Shown here one piece after another: positions 25,940 through 40,109 of a DNA stretch of 64,000 nucleotides. Under the pieces are notes generated by a model that worked only from the letters and a program-made list of their open reading frames with translations, made no database searches and was not told where the DNA came from. The stretch comes from Dicyema japonicum. Taxonomy: Eukaryota > Animalia > Dicyemida. Position 1 is the first letter of the stretch; the number at the start of each line of letters is the position of its first letter. The stretch is taken from the NCBI GenBank assembly GCA_011109175.1, contig RDEW01000058.1:130033-194032 (forward strand), in the 5' to 3' direction. The position numbers were made by a program, and so were the translations under genes.

Positions 25940-26745
25940 TATTTATTTATTAACCCCAGGATCACCGAGAAAGAAAGAAAAAAGTGAAGTCAACGAGTTA
26001 GGTGATCCCAGTTCCCGTAACAAACGTGCCATCCGAAGCCTGTGCGTCTCCAAAGTTCCCACTGTCGAACGGACTTCTTTGATCCTTGCAGAGGAAGCCG
26101 ATTGGGGAAGGAAATTTCTTAGCCAACCGAGTTTCTTTTGCATGGAACATGAGAGGCATAGTGGGTGTCCATCTTTCTCGCAAATGCGGAAAAATCCGGA
26201 ACCACATCTACCAGTTGTAAATTCTGTCAACAGGGGAGGTATTTTTGTTCCACATTCGGGTCCCAGCATACGTATTGTTTTCCATTGCAGTAAGTTTAGT
26301 TATCGGATAGTGGCCTCTAATAACGCAAATCTCCACGCAGCAAAGCCATATTCTATAGTCGGCGCGATTGTCTGGCGGTATATGGTTCCGATTGCTTTAT
26401 TAATATTCGCTGGAGGCTTCTAGATGAGGGTACGTGTGACATTCAATTTCTGTATCCTTTGGTGAAGACTTGTTTGGCATAGCAGGTGAAATTAAGCAGC
26501 CTGTTGTATATAACTCCCAGGATTGAATGGTCCCTTGTGACAGGTATCCGAGTATGTCCGATTAAGATTTCTAATTCTTCTTTGTACCCCCGGTCGGAGG
26601 TGAATAGAGTACATGTTGATTTTGGAGCCGATAGCTATCAACCAATCGTGGATACAATCGACTTTCTTCTGTGCGTGTGAGACTGCTTCTGATGTCGAAC
26701 TGCTTCTTGAGAAGATGGGATGACGTTGCTTACGTGTTTGCTGAA
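25940..26745 (-). mobile_element. 5'-truncated APE-type LINE (family A), RT C-terminus to 3' end
   Basis: Reads IFSRSSSTSEAVSHAQKKVDCIHDWL, ILGVIYNRLLNF and TIAPTIEYGFAAW. It ends CTCGGTGATCCTGGGGTTAATAAATAAAT. Confidence 0.75.
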
Positions 26746-26899
26746 GATATTGAGATAAAAATACAAACAATAATAATTTAAAAAATATTGATTAAATAAT
26801 GAAACATTGTTTTTTTAATTAAAATTGCTAATTTAATTTAATCTGGCAAATTATTGAGTAATTTTAAAATGACTCTTGCCGACGTGTAATTAAAGGTTT

Positions 26900-29330
26900 A
26901 TGGCTTTAATTACACATAGCTTTTCAATTACATCAAGGACATATCAAATGGAGTCGTTCAAGAATGTGATAATGTCATAAATAAAGTCAATCATCTCAAT
27001 CAGCAGACACAAGTACATGAATATTAACGAAAGATGGTTGACGTGCAGCTATATAACGCTGTTAATCAGCTAGATATTCTCTCAGATTATAATTTCATCG
27101 AAAACGCACAGTTCTTGTTATTTCAGAGGGTTGAGGAGATTGAGAACTCCACTGTCTCCCAAGCCGAATATCCACCCGTACCTCCGTTCCTTATGTTCTA
27201 GGAAACTACGGAAATCGACGGTTCCGACAGACTCGGCTATTCTTGGAGTTCGCAATGCATGCAGTGGACCAGTTCTACGTTAAACTTGACCTGAATCTGT
27301 CTGAATGGAGGAGGATTTCACGGAGGACTCTTAGGAGGAGATGGACGTCACCAATGCCTTTGGTAATCTGGATGTATACAGGACTCGACCTTTCCGTTCA
27401 TAATTGGGACCGATGACTTTGAAAATGACTACTTTATGGTGTTTCCAACTACAACGACAATTCTACGGAATTGGATCAATATGAATCAGTTTTTGTTAAT
27501 TCAGCTGATAAAAATGAGATTAACTTCAACGCATCAAGATCTCTGGTTGACATGTGGCTTTATCCTAGTCTCTATCTCTGGATAGACTGATTGAGGACCA
27601 AATCGACGAGTCCAAGACAGGTTTCCGTTTATAGTCTATGTTTTGAGAACGGAATGCCTCACAGATTAGCGGAAAAACAAGGTAATTTTGATTTATCACG
27701 ATAGCCTTCATGAATTCGAGATTCAATGACAAAATTTCCGATGACCTCTTTGAAGATGATTCCGACAAGGAAGACATCCTTGAAAAAGTTTAACTTGCTT
27801 CCTGATTTTAGAAAAAACCGAAATCTTGAGAATATCTTTGACAAATCTGAAAACGACGACATCTTTCCAATGAGATGGTAATATCTCCGTTCCTCCAGAA
27901 GGACCACTGAGATACCTTTGGCGTCTGTTGTCTCTATGGAGAAGAAAAAACGGAATTTATTTTCCTGAAAGTGATAGTGATGACAGCAATATTATACCTC
28001 AGCCCAAAAAAGCCACAAACGACAAGGAATTAAAATTATAAAACTAATGAATCAATGCGAATGGATCAGTTTAACGTCTCCCTCAAAGATCTCTTTGTTT
28101 TTGAAGTCTTCAAAGGAATCCTATGGCAGAAGGCCTTGGTGTCTGCTGCCTTGAAAATATTTAATAAGAAAACTGTGAATAACGTATTGAATGTTAGAGA
28201 ACATTTAAGGTGGAGAGTGAAGTCATTTCTACAGTGGGCAATGAACACGCTTTTACTCTATATATATGACTATTTAGAAAATGCGAGGAATCTATGGAGA
28301 ATGAGACCGTCCCCGTTTTTACCAATTCTGTTGGATCTTCCAGGACCATGAAAGAAAGCCAGAACCCGGAAAACCTGGATCACTTAGTTAGTAGTTAACT
28401 TTTTCTAATCCGGTGATCTTGGTGTAAAAAAAGGTTTTGGTGTTTAATGATAAAGAAGACAGTGATGAAGTGTCCCTGCGAATGAACCATTATATGTTTT
28501 CAAACTCATCCTTGGCTTTCTCCTCGGATTCTTGACAAAGAAGAAAGATTCAGATGATTAAAAATTACGCTAGTATAACTTTGGCTACAATAATTATGCA
28601 AGGCTCTGTTAAAACTGGATTTTAAGGACAACAAGCAGTCTATGGTCGTAGATGATGATCAACTTATAGAACACAACTTGAATTCTGTAAACAAGGATCA
28701 AATCCAAGAGATAACAAACCAAAGATCACTTCCAAAACAATTTCTAAGAAGTCGTTTTTTGACAGTTCTGACGACGATGAATTGTTCACCAAGAACACAA
28801 GTAAACAACTAATTAATGAAAAAAGTGGTTGCAATCAGGAAGGATCTAAAGAAATTGTGAAACCACTCATACAGAAATCGGTTGATGTGAAAGCACCTCA
28901 GAAATAGTTCTGATGATTAAGTACCCATTACTAAAACAAGCAAAACTCCAAGTCAAAAATGCTTAAATATGCTACCAAGTAGAATTCACTTTTTTAGTGT
29001 TTTGAAGATGAATTTTTACTTATGCTTCTCAAGCTTTAAAAATTAGCAGTGAAAACCAACCAAGAAAAAAATGAAACATAAAATTAAAGAACCTACCGTC
29101 ACTAATCGAAATGAATGTACTGATAGCAAAGTCCTCTCTACCGGACAAACTGACAATTCTAAAATTAAAATAATACTTTACCCACGGATTCTTCTAAAAC
29201 TGGATCCAGGAATACCAGCCTACTAGTGAATGAGATAGATTTACATAAGACAGAAGATGTCTCCAAACCTAAAATGCACAAAATTTTTTAAACAGCACTA
29301 TAGAATGTATTAGACCATACGCTTTTATTA
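26900..29330 (+). pseudogene. WASHC2: WASH complex subunit FAM21/WASHC2 pseudogene
   Basis: Reads LYNAVNQLDILSDYNFIEN and LDVYRTRP-FPFIIGTDDF, resembling the FAM21 head. LFa-type repeats follow (DLFEDDSDKEDI, NIFDKSENDDIF, FFDSSDDDELF). Many stops. Confidence 0.7.
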
Positions 29331-29539
29331 AATGTCTAGTGTTTGAGCATATAGCAATATTTTTGACAATTTTAATAATTGGAACGAATATATTTAGCAA
29401 TCAAGTCGAGATTCACAATATCCTTCGAAAAATAATAATTATAATAAAATCCACTATAATACATAAACAAATTAATATTCTTTTTTTCGTCTAAAAAATA
29501 TTTTAAATACCTAGAAAAACCTATAACAAATAAAATTGT

Positions 29540-30153
29540 GCTAAAAATCGGGAATGAGAAAATGGAGAGTTGCGATAATGTTGTCATTCTGGGATGTTTA
29601 ATTGATCGGAATGGTGACGGAGGCTTGGAAATCAAGAGGCGAATTGCCATGGGACGCCTTCCAGAGAATGAACAGATTTGGAAAAGCAAAGATATTTGCT
29701 TAAGGACCTAATGCAGACTGGTTGATTCAATTGTGTTCCTGGTTTTTCTATACGATGCAAAATCATGGATACTAAAAAAGGCGGATAAACGAAAAATTTA
29801 TGCTTTTGAACTGTGGTGCTAGAGGAGGTTACTAAGAATCCCTTGGATTTCCAAAATAACAAACACCGATGTGCTCAACGGTTGGAGACGGACATTTTCT
29901 AGAAGGAAGATTCGTAGACACAGATTGGCGTTTTTTGGGCATGTTGTCGGCTCTGACTCCCTGGAAAGAACCATTATGCAGAGCAATATTACTGGAAAGA
30001 GACTGCCTGGTCGACCGAGGACTTGGTAACTATTTACGATGGAAGATGTCACGGGAATGCCTATAACAAGGCTACTACAAATTGGACAGTGGAGGAAACT
30101 TTTTCATGAGATCTCCAAGGGTCGGACACGACTTAATTGGATAACATAACATA
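29540..30153 (+). mobile_element. RTE-clade LINE 3' end
   Basis: Reads EIKRRIAMGR, IWKSKDI, SWILKKADKRKIYAFELWC*RRLLRIPW and RLAFFGHV..GKRLPGRPRT. It ends in a short tandem tail ATAACATAACATAA. Confidence 0.9.
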
Positions 30154-30849
30154 AGGAACCATGTCCATATAATTTGTAAAAGATATAAATTAATAAAGAA
30201 TAGGTTTTTTGATGGTGGCATCTTCTCTTTTGCTTTAAGAAGGTTACAAAAATCTACTTGTACATTATCAATTTCTTTGTGTGGGTTAAGGGTGTTTAGG
30301 ACGTCAGAAGTGAATTAGCAAGTCTAATAATTTGTGACTAAGGATCTGATGTTTAGCTACATTACTAGAGTAAAAACCATAGCGTACATGAAATCATTTA
30401 GCCTAAAAGTTGATATCTATTCAATTATAATAAAGGTTTTCAATTGTAATTCAGGTATCTTAAGTACATACTTCAAGGTCAGTAATGTTGTGCATTCATT
30501 ATAAGGTACTGTAATTATGAGGATGTACAAATTTGGTAGAATTTGTATATAGTGATTGTTTTATGTCAATAATTATGTCATTCTGTAGTCTGTAGAATTT
30601 TTATAACTTCCAATGACTGAGTTAAATGATTTGTTGCGCTTTGGTCTACTTAATCTTAAGTTCTTCTACGAATTAAGTCTGGACTCTGTGTTTAACACGG
30701 TTGTGTAACAGTGACAATATGCGGGCTAGAAGTCTCGATGAGATGTTCTCAAAGAAATTGTATTGAAATCCATTGAGAAAAAACAAAGAAAATCATATGA
30801 TTATTAGAAAATCATATCTCAAAAACTAGAAAATCATATGATTATTCTA

Positions 30850-31200
30850 CGATCAATGCCCTACATTTTTTTCCCACGTTGTCAACGTAGTTATAAAAAC
30901 GAAAAGAAAAAAAACACCCTCACACGGAGATCAAATACATCTTTGGTTACGACAAGGAAATCCTCAAAATAATCTACAAATAATATATCATGACCATATT
31001 TAACTACATGAGTACATTCTGTGCCTCGTTCTCGCAACCTAAAATATTCACAAACTTCAAACTCTTAATTGGAGTTCGTAGAACAAATTATTGTGTGCAA
31101 AGATTCACACCGTCCACCAGATCCACTCGGAAAACCCCAATTCTCCTAGTGGAAGATCACCTGAATTCACCTCTGTGGACATGCAAATGTCATCGTGGGG
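30850..31200 (+). mobile_element. Jockey/L2-group LINE C-terminal remnant
   Basis: Reads FGYDKEILKIIYK*YIMTIFNYMS..TNFKLL, resembling the post-RT 'L..YKA.IRP..NY' segment. Confidence 0.5.
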
Positions 31201-34199
31201 TATATAAATTGTTTCATAAAATGTGACTAGCCTCCCAGTTTTGTTAAATTATACATATTTTCTTAATTGTTATAGGATTTTGTCTTCTTTTCAGCAGGTG
31301 TGAGGATAGCAAGTAGGATCAAATAATCTCTATATTTCTTGCTGGGATGTGACTAATGAAATAAACTTTAAAAGATCTTAGACTATTTTATTTAAAATAT
31401 GTGGCTCTTGTTAAAGCTAATCTTTGGTAAGTATCTGTCAACCAAAGGTGAGAAACCATAAACACAAGAAGTTTTCACAAACCAAATAGTTCCAACCTTT
31501 AACGGAAAAGAGTTTTCTTAAATCCAGATACACAGGATATCCAGCGCTCCAATTCTTCAAAAGATCATTCTAGCTACAATATTTTGGGTATTCCAAGGTT
31601 TATGGGTATCAAAGTTCTCGAACAAGAAATATTGGGAGTTCAGCCTCGATTTGTTAGGCAGTGTAGGATTTGGTATGCTAAGCTAGTATCAGCTTTGACT
31701 GAAAGAGAAAAAGCCTTCGTTTAGTGACGAGCATATACTAATTTTTCAAAAACAAAGATGCAGTTTACATTCTGTCTAACAAAGTATGTGAAACGAGAAA
31801 ATTGATTGGAACAGTCATTCTTAGTATGGGATAGAGATATCTGTGATAAAAAAAACAGAGGATGATGGTGTTAATAGATATTTCTAGAATAATAGCAGAA
31901 ATGAAGCAGTGGCGCTTGAAAACAGGAGTCATTTTGTTTTGGAATGAATTATACGAGTGAAAAGGAATGAAATTGTATGTAAAGTCACAGTTCGTCAATC
32001 TACGACAAATATTCTGAAAGACTTGTCGAAGTTCATATTACAACAAAATTTTAATCATTTGTTGAACATTTTAAAACAGGAGACCAAAGTACTACTGGCA
32101 AATTTCAATTGTTGAATTTTCTTATAGGTACTTAAAATATAATTTCTTAGACGAAAACGGAAAAATATGAATTTGTTTCTCGAGTATTGTGGAATTCATT
32201 ATATTTATTATTTTTTCGAAAGATATTCTGTATCTCAATGTGATTCCAGAAGTATGTTAGCTCCCGTAATTAAAATTATCGAAAAAATGGCTATAGGCTC
32301 AAACACCATCCACGTATTTCCTCCTGTTAGCGATAATTAAGTCGTCAACATATATAAGAAGCATTGAATCTGGTCGCCAGAACAGGGTAAATCGTTTAGG
32401 AATAAATTAAATATCGCCGGAGAGAGGGCGATCATTGGGTACCTTTCGGAGATCAATTGAACTTCTGAAGGACGAAGTAGGAATTCTTAGAAAAAGAATT
32501 TTGTGCCCTGAAAACAAAATCAATGATGACTCTTATAAATCTTCATCCAAACTTAAAAAAATAAATACTTGAAAAAATAACGAATAAAAGATAATGCAAA
32601 AAATGGCGAATTAAGCTAACAAGTCACTAATTTGTATATTTACCCTGGATGTCAGAGGGAACCATAATCACGAATAATTTTAAAAATTATTAATTATTTA
32701 AATAAATTAAAATAATTCGAAATTTATATTTTGGTAGTTTTTTAAGCGAAGATAGATACGAAATTGTCTTGAGAGATTCTTTTTTATAAATTTGTCCCAA
32801 CAAACTTTCTCTTTTAGATTTGAATAAATTTGAGGTTACTATATTATAGGTTAACAAAATTTAAATATATATTAAACATTTTAAAAACATCCTTCAACAC
32901 TATTAGATGAATTCAATAATATACTATTGAAGAAAATATATCACACTAATAAATACAAAACCAAACACTACCAATAAGAACGTGCAAACGCATACCAAAT
33001 AATATATCGATGTTGAAAGGTTCGTCATACTGTAAAACAATTTTTAAAAATAAATATGTATTAAATTAATTGGACGGACCGCGTGCGTAAATGAGACGAC
33101 CAGAGAAAAGCAGTGGATTTATGTCAATGGTATTAAATTGACAGGTGGTGATCCAGTAGCTGACCGTATAACATTCTTACTTTCTTGTCTGTGATGCTCA
33201 CAATCATAAAATAATTCGTCAATCCTCACTCAACATTTGTGCAAACAACCCCACAGTGGTGATATAGTGACCTTATTGATCCTAGAGTCGGTAGATGTAA
33301 TTTGAAAATCATATATTTTTACAGTGGCACCATAAAATTCTAATAAAAATAATAAACATGCTAGTTTGAAATGTTTATTAGATGAAAATTCAATAAAAAG
33401 TTGTTGATATAAAATTTCCAGGATATTTTCTAATGAGTTTTAACCTTTTCAATAACCTTCTTGATTGAACGAAGCGTAAGTTGATGACACGTTAGTAATT
33501 TATTTGAAAACTATAAAAATTAAATAATAAAAATCAATAAAATTTTTATTTTTATAAGTTTTAAACAATTTAAAATAACATGTGAATTTTTGACTAATAC
33601 AAAAATTGCCCTATCTATTATTGTGACGTTAGTTTAGCCTTATGTCATTTACTCCACAGAATTTTTTGTTCATCGATATATTCTTGGAAGACTTTGTAAA
33701 TAAGAACATCCTTTCAAAGTTCAATCTGTTCTTTGTGTTTGCTCCCGACTAGGCACCGGGCGTCTCTTTGGGAGGAATGGCTACATGAAACTTCCTAGGA
33801 GTTTAAGAAGGCATTAGATAAACTATTAAATGAATATAGTAAATGTAGTTAATATATTAAGACATATACATTGTGTTAGTGTATTAATTTGTTAGCCGAC
33901 GAATAATGGCTCTGAATCATAGTCATAATATGATCTCTTCTTTTCTTCAATCCAATTTGATTATGTTCTTGTGAGTCACCTTGGTTGTCTATTTGCTCGA
34001 ACTTATATAATTAAAATATGTACAACCGCCTGTAATGAAAATTTGGCGAATAAAAATAGACAAAAAAGTATCAAATAATTCATTAATTATCCACAAATCG
34101 TTCAATTTTATACTACAATTAACAACACCTGTTTTTATCCCATTTGTCATCTAATTACTGGCGACCTTTAAACACTGCACTTGTCGAGAGGAACTAAGT

Positions 34200-34370
34200 A
34201 GACGAACCGTTCCCCAATGAAATATTTACAGATGACAGCGTCACTCGTAAAACCGAGACATCGTAGGTGTTTGGAACCTTTAGTCAGAATGTTAGTCAGC
34301 GAGATTTGCACACAAATTAGAGTCAGGAAACCCAAGCCTTGACTGCATGGTTATTCAATTTAGGAACTCC
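34200..34370 (-). repeat. Degenerate LINE 3'-region repeat
   Basis: The block GTTCC.CA.TGA....AC.GATG..(.)CACTCGT is shared with ~21008-21046 and ~54806-54900. Confidence 0.5.
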
Positions 34371-34719
34371 TGTCCGGGCTGAGTTAAGGCTTACGAGTCT
34401 TTTAAAAAATATTAGTGAATTTTAGAGCTCGCTCGGCCTGGGGAATATATCATCAGATCTTATTTTTATGGATAAGCCAGTTATGAAAAATAACCTTACA
34501 GTCGACTGAGATGTACGATCTACAAATATTGATATTCCATATAGATTCTGATTTGGTGAAAGACACAATGCGATGTTCAATTTTAACATTTTTTAATATA
34601 TTTTAACATTGAAATATACATCTTTGACAAAGGAATTAACACTATTAATTAACAATTTAATCAAATAATGGAATCCCAAGCGTACAATTTCCATTTAATT
34701 TTTCAACATTCCTGTATAA

Positions 34720-35300
34720 ATATCGTATTTCTCTCGCGTTAAATGTGTTATAGAATAGTCCAAAACATTTTGTAGTAATTGAGCTCGAAATTCTGTTAGA
34801 GTTCTATTTCCTGCTGCAATAACATCATTATGTTAGATAAATACGTCTTCATTCCAGCCTTAAGAATGGAAAAACAGCCTTCACATGGATTAAGTTAGGA
34901 GAATATGGTGCATCAAATCTTCGTATAGTATGTTCTACTCGTAAACCTTCAAAATTTCCTTCCTTGCAGGATTGTATGATGATTCCTAAATATATAGAGT
35001 TGAATATTTAGATCGTCCTTTCAATGTTGTTACCTCTATCGATATGTGCAGATTTTCTGCCTTGCACAACCAAAAAAAGACTTTCTCCTCTTTTCTTATT
35101 AAGTCCTCCTCACTGTGGTGGTGTCAAATCACACGCACATATCCCTTGACGTTTTCTGAGAAATTGATGAAAATCCATAACTTATAGCCTTAAACTCTAC
35201 GATAGAATATTAAAGGTATCGAAATTGTCCTTATTCAATAAAATAGCTTTCAAAACCTTATCCATAACAGATAAACGACATTCAAAAATTATATTAACTT
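34720..35300 (-). mobile_element. Tc1/IS630-like DDE transposase remnant
   Basis: Frameshifted reading APYSPNL(N)PCEGCFSILKAGMK matches the PYSP.LNP.E motif. No TIRs identified. Confidence 0.5.
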
Positions 35301-35475
35301 ATAATTATCCCAAGATAATAAAAAATAATTTTAATTAATTCTTAATTTGACATAATTAAAACTATGTTAAGAATTCTACGTTGTAGCCACGTGTTACCAT
35401 GTATCTCAATTCTAAGATGTTAAATCAATGTTGAAGACATTTAGTTATTTCTTAGAGCATTAGAACTAAAAGCTA

Positions 35476-38400
35476 TTTAATAATATTAATATTATTAAAA
35501 GAAAACATGCAACGTGCGTTCGATTCGGTGGCGTTAAAACTCTCTCGAGTTGGCAAAAATGTTGAAAGGAAAAAAGGAGAAGGGTCACTTGCGTTACCTG
35601 ATGGTATGAATGTAATTCTTGCCATATCCGAGAGCGTTGTGGCAGATGACCCAAAAGAATGGGCGAGGCAGGTAGTCCTGCAGGTACGTAGCAGGCTATC
35701 TCGAATGCCCTGGAATGGATGGCCATACTTGGCGGAGCTCTGCAGTGGCAGATTCAGTACTGCTATATCTGTGAGTGAACTCAAGAAGATGGCTGTAGGC
35801 AAAGAGGGTACTGGTCTAAAGGGGCGGGGACCAGGTGACCACAACTGTCAAAGAGAGCACGAGCACCAGAGCTGTGATACGTTGCAGCTCAAGCATGTTT
35901 ATGAGGTCTTTGCGCGGAATCTCGCTGCAGCGGCAGATGTCCCACTTGAGGACCGTAGATTTACCCGCAAGATTCCTCATTGTAAGGTTAACGGTAGTGT
36001 TAACCTGCATCAATAAGGCTGTGGCTTATGCGGTGGAGGCTAAGCCAGTAGGGTCATTGGGTGACATCTCCCTAGTGCTGTATGCAGCACAGATCACCTA
36101 TGAGGAATTGACGGACAAGCCCAGACCACCCAGTAAATGGAGGGAGCAGATCTGTGCCAAGATTGCTTGGAGACAGACTGAGCTGGAAGCACTGGAGGGG
36201 CACATAAGTAGTGTGGCGAGAGGGGTTAGAGGAAAAGCACCGGCTATAGTAAAGGGGCTAATTAGTAAACTCCGTGTTCCCAAATGGGACCTCAAAGAGT
36301 TGAGGAGGGCAAAGGTGGAGTTAGAGGGGGCAATAATGGTGTATAAGAGGAAACTCTATACACATGAAAGTCGGTGTAAGAGAAGGAGAGAAAATAATCT
36401 GTTTGAGTTTAATCGCAGATTGTTTTACCGTCGCCTACACGAAAATGGCCATAGTGTATGTTCCCAGCAGGACGCGGAAATGCTTTCCACATGGGGTAGT
36501 ATGTGGGAGGCTAAACCACGCAGAGGAAATGCGTGGAATGTCCCGTACAGCGCCGCTCCTTTCTTGGCGGAATCTTGCGGAATTTTCGATTTTCGCAAGA
36601 AATTTGAGGCGGTAGTGAGACATCTCCCTGATTGGAAGACGACCGGGGTCGATAAAGTTTATAATTTCTTTATCAAAAGATGCACTTCATTACACGAGTC
36701 TATGTGTCGTGTATTACAGAAAAGCATCACTAACCCGGAAACGATTCCTGATTGGGCATGCACAGGGACCAACTTATTTGATCCCAAAGCTGGACAACCC
36801 CCAGTCTGCTGCAGATTATCGACCGATAACCTGCATGCCAACCCTGTATAAGCTGATGACCAAATTTGGGCTAATGAGGTCAGGAGCTTTGTAGACGCAA
36901 ATGGGATTCTCTCCGAGAATCAGTTGGGAACTGTGCGAAATTGTCAGGGGGCAAAAGAGCAGGCTTTGATCAACAAATGCCTTTCTGTGTCTCACGGAAA
37001 CTCACTTTTGTCTATGTGGGTGGATGTGAAGAAGGCTTACGATTCAGTTGATCATTCTTACCTTGTCGAGTGCCTACACAGTCTGTGTATGCCTGTGTGG
37101 TTCATCAGCTTTGTAGTGGCTGTGATGAATAGGTGGAGTATTCATCTGAACTATAATAGGCACCGGATAGGCGAGGTAAAACTCAAGAGGGGGATCCTTC
37201 AGGGGATAGCATGTCTCCGCTACTCTTTGTTCTCTGTTTGGAGCCATTGAGTCGCCGCCTCAATGACCGGTTTGAGCAAATACCAGTTCATTGTGAAGGG
37301 GTCTGTTTCAGTACAAATCACCTTCTTTTTATCGATGACTTGAAGATGTATGCTCGAACAGCCGAGGAGCTCTACTCCATGGGGGTCTGTGCCAGGGAAT
37401 TCTTTGAGAGTATAGGGCTAGATTTGAATTATTCAAAGTCTGCGACTAACACGCAAGTATGTAGCGAGTTAGTAAGAGTCCTAGAGGAACACGAAGGATA
37501 TAAGTATCTGGGTGTTACCGAATCTCCAAAGTCCCTTATAATGCCTGAGACAAAGCGACAAATTACTGAAGGCATCCGTAAAAGAGCAGCGTTATTGTGT
37601 AAGACGTCTCTAAATGCAAGGAATTTGTTCCTAGCATTAAATGAGTATGCTGTCTCGCTGCTAAACTACTACATAGGTGTTGTGGAGTTTGAGCCCAAAG
37701 AGTATGATGAGATGGATGTTATGATCCGTGGAGTACTCAGAGAGAACCATGTCCATGTGTTGGCAGCCAATAAGGAGAGACTATATTTACCCCGTGATAA
37801 ATTCGGCCGTGGACTGTGTGGAGTAGTCCAACTAAGTGAGCGTATCCTAATGCGAATGCACGACACCCTGATAGCTGGGTCAAGTGTGTCTGCTAGGAAG
37901 CACGCCATAATAACGACCGAGAAAACACGGGCAACCCACCTAGGCACTATCAGACCTTTTTTGTCTGCTAAGTATGGTGTTGATGATGGTGGGCTAGTAA
38001 ATGTGAAGGCGTTGATCGAATTACAATATAATAATTTGATGGAAAAGATCAACTTAAAAAGCCTTCATAAGGTCCTCTTCAGAGCATTGGACAACCCACA
38101 TGTCGACCTTAAGTCGTCGACAATATGGCTAAAATACGGTGACAACTCACCTCGATCGGAGGCGTTGTACACGTATATGCAAGACCGCAATATTTTTTGG
38201 GGTCGATCAACAAATACATGTCCCCACTGTAAGTCAAGGAGCATGTCGGTTGATCATTTAGCCACTCGATGTGGATCCATGCTCTGCCACGACTATGTGT
38301 GGAGGCACAACGAGGTAGTAAGGAGTCTTCATCTTCTACTATGCAATAAGTATGGTATTCGCCACACCAGAAAGTTGCGGACTCATAAGGTGCAATCTGT

Positions 38401-38974
38401 AGTAGAGAACACCAGGGTCCAAATTAAGGTAGACAGTGTTATCCGTACCTCGGTGCTAGTCAAGCACAATAAACCGGACATTGTGGTACACGATAAGGAG
38501 TCTGGCCAAGTCCTTATCATAGAGGTTGGCATCACGTCTCAAGACCGTTTGCAGACTGTGGAGGTGGAGAAAAAAAGGAAGTATGACTTTCTTGCAAACG
38601 AGATGGGGCAGATGCTTGGTTGCAAGGTCCTCGTTATTCCTATAGTAATGACGTGGGAAGGAATTGCAACAAAGTACCACAAGGGTTATCTGAAGCAGTT
38701 GGGGGTAGATAGGAAGCTCCAGGCCTATCTACAGTCCACTGTGTTAAAGCGGACCCTAGAGAGCCTGACACTGGAGTATAGGAGGCAGAGCCCTGAGATG
38801 CCATATGGGCAGAGGGTTCAATTAGACAAAGCGCTCTCGGAGTTGTTTCAGCAACCAGAATCGAACCTGCCTGAGGAGGCTGGCGAACAGGCAGGCGAGG
38901 AAGGTTGTTGATTAATAAATATATTAACTTTTTTATTGTTTATTTATTAAATAAAGTGGGGTTTAATAATATTA
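35476..38974 (+). mobile_element. Near-complete R4/Dong-clade RLE non-LTR retrotransposon
   Basis: Single ORF 35507-38911 broken by about 4 frameshifts. It has RT motifs (YRPITC.PTLYKL, WVDVKKAYDSVDH, LQG.S.SPLLF, LLFIDDLK, YKYLG), a CCHC knuckle (CPHC..HLATRC) and an RLE domain (RHNEV, KPDIVV, IIEVG, EKKRKY). A 13-bp direct repeat TTTAATAATATTA lies at 35476-35488 and 38962-38974. Confidence 0.93.
35507..38911 (+). CDS. RT-CCHC-RLE polyprotein, frameshifted
   Basis: The overlapping ORFs 35507-36016, 35835-36851, 36709-36894, 36924-37250 and 37211-38911 join into one colinear protein. Confidence 0.85.
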
Positions 38975-40109
38975 TTAAAAAAATATTAATATTATTTAAA
39001 AATTCGATAATAACAAGTCAACAACTAACTCTAATTTAAGGCACGTAAATTAGCATCTTTGTACGTAGCTCGTCTATTGGAGGTAACTATCATACTGCTT
39101 GGATTGATTACACACGATGGAAATGAAAAGGAATATGACTATAGTAGAATCAAGTTTCTGACTCAAACATTGAATATGAATTAGCTGCATTTTAATACCA
39201 AAAGATGATGGTCTTCTCCCGTCGATCTTCTAAGAATCTGATGAAAGGTTTGAGATTTGAAATTTTTATCGTTAACATACTTAAAAAACAAATCAAATAA
39301 TAATCATATTCTCCAAATATTTTACTTGAAATCGCAAGCATTTAGGGGCAATCACAAATTTATCTGATGTGAGTTGCATTCAAATAATTAAAGCCAATAG
39401 AATTATCTGTAGCAATATTAGACCCAATTAAAAATGTTCTGTTAATATAAGGAAGAACAATCAACATTTTATTATAACGATGATTTCCGCAATATGGTGT
39501 TTCAGGGAATGATATAAATATATTAGATTGTTGTATAAGAATTTGGAAAATGAAGACAGAAACTCGTATGTGAATATATTAAATCGTAGAATTCTAGTTA
39601 TTGAAGGAATACAGCTTGATTAGAAGTTACCAAAATAATTGAGCGTCGACCATTTTGATAACAGCCAGATTAAATTCAATAACAAAAATACGACAGAATA
39701 TTCCACTAAAGATATAAATCAATAGCTGATGTATTATTGTTAAATTGGTTAACCACTTAAAAAATAAAAGTAACCATATTTTTAATATTTATATTATTGA
39801 TAATTTTTCTTAATTATCTTCTAAATTAATAATTTTTTAAAAACAGAAGTTGATCACTTGATATTTGGAGAACCGTTATGGATTTATAGGTCAAAATTAG
39901 TGAATACAATTCTATAAAAATTGCTTCAATCCTTAATCCACGTCAATGATGAATGAAATGAGATGAAAATTATTTTAAAATCTGACAATAAATTAATAAA
40001 AATTATTTGAAATTTAATGAAAAGTTAAATAGGTCAAATGGAAAAAATGACCTCTTTAAGTTAAATAGGTCAAATTTTTTCGTCGACCTGGGGACGTCCA
40101 AAACCGAAC

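Noticed and set aside
30785-30850. Short GAAAATCATAT triplication, plus small tandem duplications at ~41897-41945 and ~50745-50800
   Set aside because: These are two- or three-unit slippage duplications with no evidence of function.
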